Shown: piece by piece, positions 48,101 to 60,100 of the stretch | Numbering within the stretch: position 1 is the first letter of the stretch | Layout of the letters: each line of letters starts with the position of its first letter | NCBI GenBank assembly: GCA_002633005.1 | Contig: NMRA01000309.1 | Span: 62,001 to 126,000, forward strand | Length of the DNA stretch: 64,000 nt | Direction of reading: 5' to 3' | DNA from: Phoronis australis | Lineage: Eukaryota; Animalia; Phoronida | Position numbers and translations under genes: made by a program | The notes under the pieces: model-generated | What the model was told of the DNA's origin: nothing | The model's input: only the letters and a program-made list of their open reading frames with translations | Database searches by the model: none

Positions 48101-51100
48101 AAACTCCAGAGACATGTTAAGTGCCAGAAACTTACCAGGGTGCATGGAAATTTCACTATTTGGCTACAAAAACAAAAAATATCTTACACGGGAGGGGAAA
48201 CCTCCCCACGCTCGGCGCCACGCGCCTAGGATTCGACCTTGGCGGGAATCCTAAACCCCCCCTTGGTGAAAACGTAGATCCGCCACTGTAGCCTCATATT
48301 ACTCCAAGCAAATAATGCTACTTATGTTGCTCAAATTTCAGATGTAGCTATTAGCTGAAGATTTACATACAATAGCAAACAGGGATCCCTTATGTATGCC
48401 TTGTTTCTTGGGAATTTGATAACATATGCAAGATCATGCTATTGACAGGTTTAGACACAGTATTACATTAAACTTAACAGTGTCTCACTAGTACAGTGGC
48501 GAATCTAGGACATCACAAGGGGGACCAACATTTTGTCTGTACACATTTGCTCAAAACACGATTGTAGATGCGAATAGCACGGAATGGGGGGAAGTCGCCT
48601 AGGAAATTTTTATGTTTTTTTCCTCTAAAAGTCAAGCATTTTCGTTGATTCCCATTATCCAAGAAAAAAGGCAACAATAATAAATAAAAAACACGGAGAA
48701 AGTGTCAAACAGGAAAAACTGCAAGTGTCACAGACTCGAACTCATGACCTGACGGATAGAGCGTGCTTGCTTTACCACTGCACCACCACTTGATACTAAG
48801 AGACCTACGTGTTTATGGTTCACAGCGTTTGTGCACGAAACCTCCTTCTTTTTTAATGCTTATTACATGTTTTATATTTTGTGCAATCAGTTTGTAAACA
48901 ATTTTTTTTGTATTAAAAACAGTCTTCAATTGCCCAAATGACCAAATCCGTTTTTTGTGTTGGCAATAATGATGCGATTGCTTTGGAAATCGTCTTAAGT
49001 TAAGGTTTGACAAAGAGAGAATCATGAGTTTCTGAGTGATTCATTAAGGCTTCGATTAAAATTCACATCTTACCAGTAGCTTTTGTTCTTTCATCATCAC
49101 TCAGATTCCATTTTCTTTAAAAAATTAAGTGATTTTCTTCATTGCACAGTGGAGCAGACGACGGAAACAGAGTAATTGTGCTCAGCACCACTGCCGGTCA
49201 CCTGGGATATCGCGGAAGTGCCTATACTTAGCGATAGTTCCGTTACGATTGCGCCGTGTTCCGAATTTGACACTTAAAATTGGATCTGAGCCCCNNNNNN
49301 NNNNNNNNNNNNNNNNNNNNNAACACTAAAACTGCACACTTTTAAGTCTTGTTTCAGCCGTATAATTTTAATTACCTGGGTTAATTAATAAACTCAACAT
49401 TTCCTTTCGCTCTTGCTGTTTTATTTTTTGCAGCAACCAAGAGGGGGGCCCCGGGCCCCCTGCCCCCCCTAAATCCGCCTATGTAGTAAGCTTGTAAACG
49501 TACTAGCATACACCAATGAATTCATTGGACAGCTGGGCTTCACTGTTGACAGACAACTCACTTTAATTCTACAAACTCAATTTCTAGCCACAAGTGTCTC
49601 GGAATGAACTTGTGTAATGGAACATGCCCAGTTTGTACATAATTAGCAGTCAAATCATTTTATTTACCTGATGGCTAGTGTCACTCCCTGTTTCTGTAAA
49701 GTGGTCAGTTGGTAGCTCTTCAGACCGCTGTCCATGGCTGGTAAAAACAATAACCGTGGCTAACTACACTTAATAACTGACTTAACTGCTTAGGAGAGGC
49801 CACAGAATCAGTAAGACCTCCTAACAAGCATTCCCAGTCATTGGATACACAGAGATACGTGACTAAGCGAGGTAATTTTTAGCATTTCGGGGTCCATTTT
49901 TGATGAATAATTAATATTTCATACTTAGTCAGTAAACTGGAATACTTAGATGGAAAGTTCTAGAAAAGAGCATGGATCTCTCAACTGTTGAGGATTATGA
50001 CCAGAAGTGAAGTTTAATTGTTGAAAAGGCACAATCATTGGGTAGAAATGTTCTTGAAAATTCTAAAAAATAATCTAATTTAATCCTTATCAATAAAGAG
50101 CTTAATAAGAAAATACTCACCAGAATAATCTAGAAGGGGAAATATGGCTTCTTCTGGTATGTTTAGCATAACTTCGACAACTTGCTCCAACAGATCTTGG
50201 ATTACTGTACAACAAACCACAGATAGAAATGGAATATCAATACATTCCAAAAATGAACAAGTTTTCCAGAAAGCAACAACTGCAACTGTTACAGTAAAAT
50301 GATCAGGTATGCATGCTATTGCAGGCATGGCATGTAACAACCCACCACTGCATTTAAATCACCTTTACGTCAAGTGAACCAGTTAAATCTGTTAGTTTCT
50401 CCTCCGGTGCTTCCGTTTATGGTAGGAAGACAATTATTGCCAGACACTACCCACTATATCTCATCAACTATAAGCAGGCCTGTACTGAAACAACTGGAGA
50501 CAGATTGGCAACAGTGCTACATGCAACTGTTCACAGCTGATGCTCTCGTATGTAAGGTTATGTAGGACTCTAGAAACATGGCCAAATTTGGCTAACTGCA
50601 GAACATCATAGAATTGGTTAATTGACTTCACATTAAAGCTTCATGCACATCAGTTTTCTAAATTGCTAATAGGAAATTGTTATTGCAAGAGGGTTTATAA
50701 AACATTGGGACTTTGAAGGTTCTCATGAAAAAAAAAATTCAAAGATCCATAAAACAAAACGAAAATGATACTTTATAAAACTTTTATGTCTTTTTGAGGT
50801 TTCCTTGTGAACATCTGTCTTAAATGAAATTTGGTCTTGCTATTGGTACTGAACATTTTGCTATCAATGCACCTTCCATTTTCCAAAATTTTATGAAAAG
50901 ACATGGTCATGTGACTCAACTGATGGCAGATATTTAGTAAAAAGTCACCGATTTAGTACTATAGGATTTCTGGTTTCAGAAAATGTACAATTTTCTTGAG
51001 TAAAATTCTATGGTTTTGTAGAAGTATTTGGTTGAATACACCAACTTGTTAAAAAGGCCAATAACCTTAAGGTTTCAGAGCAGTTTCTTTAAACTGGTCA

Positions 51101-54100
51101 TTAAACATATGATTTTATGTGTTTACTAACATGAAATGCTTCACACTTAGATGCCTACTGTCAGTGCCATCTTAGCAATAACCATAAATACTTTGAATCC
51201 AAGACTTTTAGTAAACAATTCTCCAGTTTGAGACACAGTATGGCTAACAAATGAATGTCGAATTTCTCAACAAGAATAACTTCGGGAAAGTTTATTTTGG
51301 ATTTAGCATGGTTTGTATAGTATAGCCATCACCAAACAACATGCATTTGTACCAATGTAGTAAGTCTATGAAAATAACAATATCTATGTTTCAGAAGACG
51401 TTTTTGTCCCAAATTGAAAATTTTTCCCCAAAGACAATAACTTACATTGGCCTTTCAACTGGTCTGGCTTGGTAGTCAGTAAAGTACAAAGAGTCTTCCT
51501 ACATTTATCCAGCCATACCCCGTTGTGCTCCAGATTACGCTGATCATTCAGGAACCTGGTCAACTCATTCTCTGAAATCACATTGTTTACTGCCAGAACC
51601 GTCCAAAGATAATTTAATGTGACGCTAATGGGTACAAAAGAAACAGTGTGTATGACATAGTAACCAGATGAGGAATTATAGATTTGTCACTTTTCAAACA
51701 AATTTGCCAGCTGATAAATTCAAATGAAATGTCTCAAACCAAAATGCAAGAAGTTGAAGTAGGTTCTAAAAACACGAAACTATTCTTAGTAAGGAGAGGT
51801 CATCATATAGATAAAAAAGCTAAATTGATGGTTAAATATTTTTTTCATGGCTACTACATAGATTTGGGGTCTATGTTGATGACTACACAAAATACCGCCT
51901 ACCACAAGTGATAGATAAACAAATAGAAGGACATCCTTGTTAAACCATGCTTTGAACAAAAACATGAAATTGAAAGATGTTTTACCAGATCTTCATATTA
52001 TGATACACATTTTTGTGTGGATGAATTATTTTGATGGTTTCAGTAACACCGATAGTTTTTTTCTATAAAATCAACACCTGTGCAGATCACCTGACCTCAT
52101 ATTAAATTGGTTAATAAGAAATTAAGGACAAAAAATTAATATGTAACTAACATGATTGTATTTTCTGTAACTGGCTGTTATAATTACTTTGGAAATTAGA
52201 TAGTTTTATAGTAAATTGAATCAGACCTCTAAAATTCCAATAATAGTCAGTGTTCACACAATTCAGCAAAACCACAGCATCTTCACTTCACTCACATGCA
52301 TGTTATTGACAGACTCACATTTAACATAATTAGACAAATTGGACTAAAGTGTCCTTGTAAAACATATCTGGTATTTTGTCACACGGTCAAAACTCTGTTT
52401 AACGAAGGGTTCACTTCTAAAGATTGAGTTGAAAACAAAAAACTACATTGAATCTTTTCAAACTGTTGAGAAATCTGTTTGGTACATCAGACCAATTCAA
52501 ACCAGGTTCACAACATCAAAGATCACTCTAAGCTACCTGGTAGTTCAGTAGGACTGGCCATGAACAAAGCTGAATGTAAAATATGACCACTTTGTAACAA
52601 TCTTAGTGACACTTCATATTAACATGAAAAGCGTAACTAAACGATGCGCCATCGCAAATATGGTGTTCTCTCAAAGGTGGAAATGTGGCCTAGTGGGACA
52701 AGTGTTCAATTCCTTTACTCAAGGTCATGGTTTGAGTCCCACTGGCACACTATGCTAGACCATAAAGTCAAGTCTTTAGCTCCTCAGTTTGGATTTAGCT
52801 ACAAATAAAGTGATCAGTGCAATGTGCACACCTGAGCGGCTTGCGCTCGTCTGGTACAGCATGTCACTTGCAAATATTTTCTAACACTTTGAGAAATACT
52901 GAAACGGATTAATTAGACTAAAAAGCCTGAAATAATAAATGTGCAGTTTAAATATTCTTAACATGCAGTGTTTGGTCGCTGGAATGTATTATGAAACAAG
53001 ACCAACTTTTATTATGAAAACTAACAGAACTTGTCTATGATTTTTGATGCCATTCAGCTTCAAAATCTGACGCTGCTTCTAGACTGAAAATAATCAACAC
53101 ATTTTGATCGTTTCAGTTAATCAAGTTATACCCTCACTTAAATTACTACAATCCCCAAGTCATACTTCAATCTAAAGCTGATATGTTTACTGAAAACTTG
53201 AGCTTGCTTAATGTAAGATGGAAGCACATTTATAATCATACCTTGTTTCATGGCAGACCGGCCAGCAATATTAGGCAGGTACTCTCTCGGCAGCGGATAC
53301 GATGAGAAAAGGGGATAAGGAAATAGATTACCCAGATCCTGAAACACAATACAACAAGAATACAGATTAGTCTAAAAAACAAACCAAGACAGTGCGTTTA
53401 CCAACAATAATTGGTAAAATTATAGATTTAGAGTGTCTTGTCAAACTGAAACAAATGTCATTGGAGACATTGGCATCTTTCTGTGATTAAAGAGTTTTCC
53501 ACTTTGGCTTTAAAAATGAATGTCACTCAATCTGCAAACTACATAACGCCACAGGTTAGAAGAACTTCTGTACACTGAATAGTTTCCATTTGCACGCAAT
53601 GCATAACATTGCTAAAGGGCACCTAAAATTCATAGGCTACGACCTAAGACTAACATTATAGCTAGTAGATGCAGACCCTCAACAGAACCACACAATACCA
53701 AGAGATTATTTTCTTCAAAAGTCAACAGTCAAAGCAGAAACTGCTAATCAAACAATCAGTCATCATCCTCAACACTTTCTTAAGAGCACATGATTCGGGG
53801 GGCTCATCATTTGGCGAAGTGGGCAAAAATGTTCGCCTCACAGAAACAAAAAGTCCGAAAAAGTAGAAAACGAGACAAGATCACTTAAAAATCAGCCACT
53901 ACCAAAATTTGGCGAATGCACAATTCATAGCTCTGAGCATACCCCGTTTTTTTCTTGTAAATGGTCCACATTCTCAAGCCCCCCATTTTTTAGGCTGGGT
54001 GTGTGCATGAACACAATTACACGCTTAACTGAAACTCACTAAAGAGTGTAGCCAATCACACCATGAGTTTAATGGTGCCTCACAACTAAGTAAGTAACTG

Positions 54101-57100
54101 TAGTGTGATTGGCACACACCTTCCAAAGAGCATTAAAACCAGGTTAAACCAAACAAACGTGTTTATAACATTCACTACACAAGTCTCGGATTGATTTGGT
54201 TCCAGTGAACTTCATTTACAACAAACATTTTAACCAAGTCCTAGAGGGGTTTCGCTTGAAACGCGATTAGACTGCAGCAATAAACCCGCAAAACTTGCCA
54301 TTGGCTTAATAAATTAACATATTGTCAGACTATGACATATTCAACAAGTTATTGGTTGCAGTGGCAGCTGCTTTGGACAGGATAATAGCCATTTTTCAAT
54401 ATAGCAAAGACATGATGAAATACGTCTCATTGCTAGATGGCGATAAGTTAGTTGGTGGACAGTGTTCTCCACTGAATTATTGTATGGCTTTAATGCAGAT
54501 GGATATTTGCGAACATTTTTCTTTGAAACAACCATGCTGTCAAATTGTCACAGCTATGCAGTGCGATTTTCAACTGATTAACATAATATCCAATACGTTT
54601 CATAATGCCTCTAATTGTCCCGCCTTGCTCACCAAGGAAAGACACTTTTCCCCCCACAAGGTCAAAGATACGTATTTAGAATATTTCCCATTGCTCAGTG
54701 CTCATGGCCACCTGCAGGCATGTTATACAGTACAAATTACCAAAGACAACCGAACTCACCCTCCGTAGTTTGGAATGTTTTGAATTTGAAAAAATGGTTT
54801 AGCTCATCTGCTATAGACTCCCTTATGGACAGCATTTCAATGAGGAAATAAAATTTTAAATTTTAATCTTCAAAGACACGTTTCCAAAACCCGAGATTCA
54901 GCTTACATCAGATAGTGTCCTCATTGGTAGCACCCTCTCCGACGGCCCACCGACAATGTAGGTCTTGACCAGGATGTAGTTACGTTCTACGGATAACATG
55001 TCCACAAGAATGTCACCACTGAAACAAGACGGAAGCAAACACTAAACAGTCATGTAATGTAAAAGAATTTTAGCATAGTCTCCAATTCAACACTCCCTGC
55101 AGATGATGTAGTATCTTTTGAAAATGTAAGGTTGTTGTTAGTCATGGAGGACACCCAAATATTGAGCCAAAATAGACTGATATTGTTCAGTTTGACAAGT
55201 TTCTGGTGTCACCATTGCAACAGTTACAACTTGACATGTGAGTGACCACCTCTTAACCAACAGCAATAACTTGTTGTAATGTCAACTTAGCCCTTGACAC
55301 AATTTTAACTGAATACAACCTCGGTGTCAAAAAATCTACTCATTTTGTTGGGGACTTTTAGGGATTGTAATCAAAGAATCAATTTTTAATGCACATATTA
55401 AATCAGCTTGGAAATACTATTGACCTACTTTTCGTCTGCCACATTGACCTTCTGGGAGCTCAGCAGGGAGTCGATGACTTTGTACTGTGAATCCAGCAGC
55501 AGGAAGGTGTCGAGGCAGGATGACATTGCACTCAGCACTCTGTGGGGAATTAACAGGGTGTCCAGTGAAAGCATTCATGGTGAGTACTCAAATTCTCGAT
55601 AGCACACTTGAGGACTTGTACTCATATTTCACGCAACAAAAATCAAGGGTGCACTGGGCACTCATAACAATCCAAACACTCGATAAACTTTCTGACACAA
55701 CCCGTGAATCTGCAGCGATTTGTAGTGAATGCCAGTTAACATGCACATTGTCTATTTAGTCTGCTTAGATTGCCTAGGGGCCATGTAGGAGCAGTACCAT
55801 TATTTACAAAAAAGGGACCGGTGTAAAACTATTCACCCCTACACGTGATTAGAATGTTTATTAATATTCAGTAGTAAGAGTAACATTTACAACTCTGTGT
55901 AAGATCATACTTGCCCTACCCTCAACCCTCTGAGATGGCCATGTAGGTACTAACTGCGTTAACTATTTTGTCACTGTTGTGGTATGCTCATTTTTGTTTC
56001 AAAAATATTAAGTTTTCATAATTAAAAAATCAATCATTTGCCATACAATAAATGAAATATATTGAGTCAAACACACATTTAATTTTTTCGGTCAGGCATG
56101 CAGCCAAGTGAAACAAATTTTAATATCCACCTAACTTTGCCAGTACCTCAAGCCAAACACATGTGACTGTTCATAATTGAACAGGGCACGTATCTTCACC
56201 GAGCTATCCACCAGCACCAAACGGTCAATAAAGCCCTGAATAAGACAGAAAAACATAATAAAGGCGTGTAGAGTTCCACCTGTTGAAAGTATGAAACAAA
56301 AGATACGACTAAAGGAACTTAAACATTGCAATACCCTAAGCTAGCCTTGTAAAGACAACTTTTACAAAGAACGTTCAATATTTAACTTGGTCTGGGACCG
56401 TGTTTTGGGATAAATATATTATTATACTGAATACAACAGTAAAATTAATGGTCAAAATCAAAAAAAAACATTTTTAACAGATAGAAACAGTCATAAGATA
56501 GTTTCCATGATGCGATATCACCTCACTGAATAAGGCAATGCATTGAACAACAAATCACCTCGCTGTGATCATTGTTCAGCATAATACCAAGGTGAATCCT
56601 CTTCTATGCATTAATAATTTCCATGCTGATCAAAATAAGACCAGTAAAAAGATGAAACCATTACCGCAATAGTATCGGGCATTTCTCTGAATGTATACGT
56701 TTCCTTGGCGGGCAATGATCTCTCGGCTAAGACTTCATAGACAGCAGGGAATGCGGAGAGTACATTCAAAAGGTTTGTGAAAGACTTGTGCGCTGTGCGA
56801 TCAATAGGGTCAACCGGCCATGCTTTAGGTGTGAGCATGGGAAAGTCATCAGCACCACACTCCAGAACAGACCACAGCTCATTGACCAAGGCTTTGATGA
56901 AACCTTCCAGGAGATGAATCATAATGATTATAGATGATGAATTATAATTATAGAACATGATGATTTAGAAATATCCATATCATACACTATGTTGATGTAG
57001 AAATACTAATACCATTATATGTTGATATAGTACTATTTACTAACTATACGTTGACGTACAAATACTACTGATTATTAACTATATGTGGACATAGAAATAT

Positions 57101-60100
57101 TAATAACATTAACTACACGTTGATGTAGAAAAAATTAATACTAATACCATTAACTAAATGTTGGTGTACTAGAAAATTAATACTATTATCATTAACTACA
57201 GGTTGGTGAAGAAATGCTAGTATCATTACCTATATGTTGATTGAATAAAATACTAAAACCATTAACTTTATGTAGAAAATATTAATAAACTTCATGTTGA
57301 TGTAAAAATACTTATACCAGTAACTGTATATTGATGTGGAAATATTAATATCAACAAATATATTAATCATAATATCCGTATTGTAACGTCTCTTTAACTT
57401 GGCAGACATCTTGCAACAGCCACATTTGCTTCAATCATTAAGCACCCCAAAACATGTGTGAAATCATGTGACCTTCCATGTATACCTGTGCTTTGAAGAG
57501 CCACCATACCCGGAGCTGTGGCTGCAACTTGCGTCACCATGGTACCATAGCCAAACTTTTCACACTTGCTAACCTGTAAATAAAGGAAAAACCTTGAGAG
57601 CTGTTACCAGCATTTAAGATATTGTCTACCTCATTGTAGCATTAAGATAAAGTGAGACATTCACCAAGTAATGGCAAATAGATATGTTGAGCCAAGACAA
57701 GAAAGACTCAATCATTCCCATATTACCAAGAGCAAAGTAGTAACTAAAGTCAGAGGCGACGAGTCACATGCCACAAGCCACCTGAGACAAGTCACATGAG
57801 ACAAGTCACATGAGACAAGGTACCAGAGACAAGTCACATGAGACAACTCACCATTACTCCAATTGACTTATTTGCAAGATTCAAATGAATTTTGGTATAA
57901 TGAGTTTGCACTAAATATTTTTTAAAATGATAGTAATGAAGTGTGCGGAGCAACAGTGTAACATTAAATAATATAAGGAGGGGACAATGTGGCTTTCACA
58001 CTCAACCAAAATTCCTCATGGGTCCAGTAAATTCAGTTCATGGACTCACAAGCTTGTGAGTTGAAAGCTATATTTTTGGGTGATTAAATAGTGTTTTGGG
58101 AGTCCCGCACCAGGTTTGGCGGTGGGCGAGTCTAGTGTGTCGGTGAAGAGAGTTTACCAGGCCTGTGAGCCAGCCATGTTATTTTCACTCCTTGAATAAG
58201 TTCATGTTTTATTTTAAGTATTAGTTGAATTTACTAATATGTGGTCATTTGCCAAAAACTACCATTTCTTGAAAACAGTGGATTAACGTTGTGTTAATCC
58301 AGTTAAAGCTCATTTTGAGCTCACACACACGCACACAACAAATGTTAGAAGGCAGGCCTAACACAAAAAGAATTATTGGCAATTCTTATCTGTAAATGTT
58401 ATTTAAATTTACACAAAAGTGCCACTTCTCAATTTTATCACAAGCTGAGCAGTTATAAAATCTACCTTCTATCACAAAAAAGTTTTTGACTACGTTTCTG
58501 AAATTGTCCTCAAATTATTCTTCAGTCAAAGTACTATGAGATTTCCGAACTTGGAAAGAAGTGATACTTTGTTACTGCCTAAGACCAAGGTCTACAAGCT
58601 GACTTTTCACTGAGTGTCATTTTGTATGCTTAGCACAGTCTTGAGCAACAACAAACTGTCAGTTCCTTGCAAGACCAAACACCACTTCCCACCTGAGTAA
58701 AGAAAAATTTGAAACTTGAATTTTATAAGTGGTGGTGATCTAAATCAAAATTTAATTTCTTTGATTGAATGCTTGTTTAATGCCACTTTACCAGCTCTAA
58801 CAAATAACCCGTTTCATGCAAATGGCTGTTTTTTAGTGCAGCACAAAGTACATGACTGCACACAATGTACATGACTGCAGCATAATGTATATGACTGCAA
58901 CACAATGTACATGACTGCAGCACAATGTACATGACTACAGCACAATGTACACACCAAGTTAGTACTGAAGTAGAAGTCCTTAAAGAATGTCTTTGTTGAG
59001 AAATTTGAAAATAATTATGAAGTCTTCCTATCCACCATATGGTTTGCAAAAGAGTTACTGAATCACACTTGCACTGATGATGGCATATTTCAGTCACCAC
59101 ACCAGCCAACTACTTTACATTATTTTTCAACATCCTATTCAGTCACTACCCACCCACTCCTTGACGATATTACATACACAATGTTCACCTATAGAAAACC
59201 GTTGGTGATCAGTACTATTACTAGTGAAAGGAAAACCCACCTGTAATTTCTTGGCATATCTGGCATACATATAAGAGACACACTCATTGATTGCCCCAGT
59301 TTGCTGGAGCAACAACAGACCCTTAGGTGTCCCGGCAAAGTTAAGCAGGTTATCCAACAGTGTCTCCTCCCAAACAGAACTGAAAAGAGACAGTGAGATT
59401 TTATAAAGCAATAGATGTACATAGTGTTAAACAAATAAAGATATACTCTGTTCTGTGTATTGTTATTTTATCCAACTTTGCAAAAGACTATTGGTTGAAC
59501 GACAGATCTGCAGTCATAAAATGGGTCCAATACTCAATCTTCAAACTACTTAAAGTTAGGTAGAATTGTAGGACCTTATCAACAAGTGTGTGTATTTAGT
59601 CACATATCTGTACATTTTAACCACTGGTAAAAGTATAGATTTTCTGAAAATAGAAAATCTCATCTTAATGTGACTACGTCCTTTTAGTTAAATATAGCCA
59701 CAAAAGGCACAGCCATAGTAAACTAATGGTGTCAATAACATGACTAGATTTTGCTTTGACGTAAATGTACAAGATGAAATTTCAAAAACATTACAGTTAC
59801 AATTTTCTATTTTTGATAGTCCCTCATGCAAAATGGAAAATTTCAAAAACAAACAGCACATTGCAGAACAGTGCATAAAGTATGGCATCAGAAAATTTCT
59901 AGATGAGCACATAATCCAAGAATGCACTTGATGACCCCAACATGAAACCTACAAATTCAACTTAGAACTGCAGATTTTGAATTTGAAAACACTTACGCTG
60001 CCTCATTTTTGCTGATGATGCCCATATTATTTTCTGTCTCCTGTGTTGGAGTCTTGGCCCGGTCAATGTCTTGAGAGGCCTGTAAATTAACCAAAGAAAG

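Noticed and set aside
54322-54768. 148-aa plus-strand ORF in a TBC1D32 intron
   Set aside because: Non-ATG start and no motif; consistent with a chance ORF.
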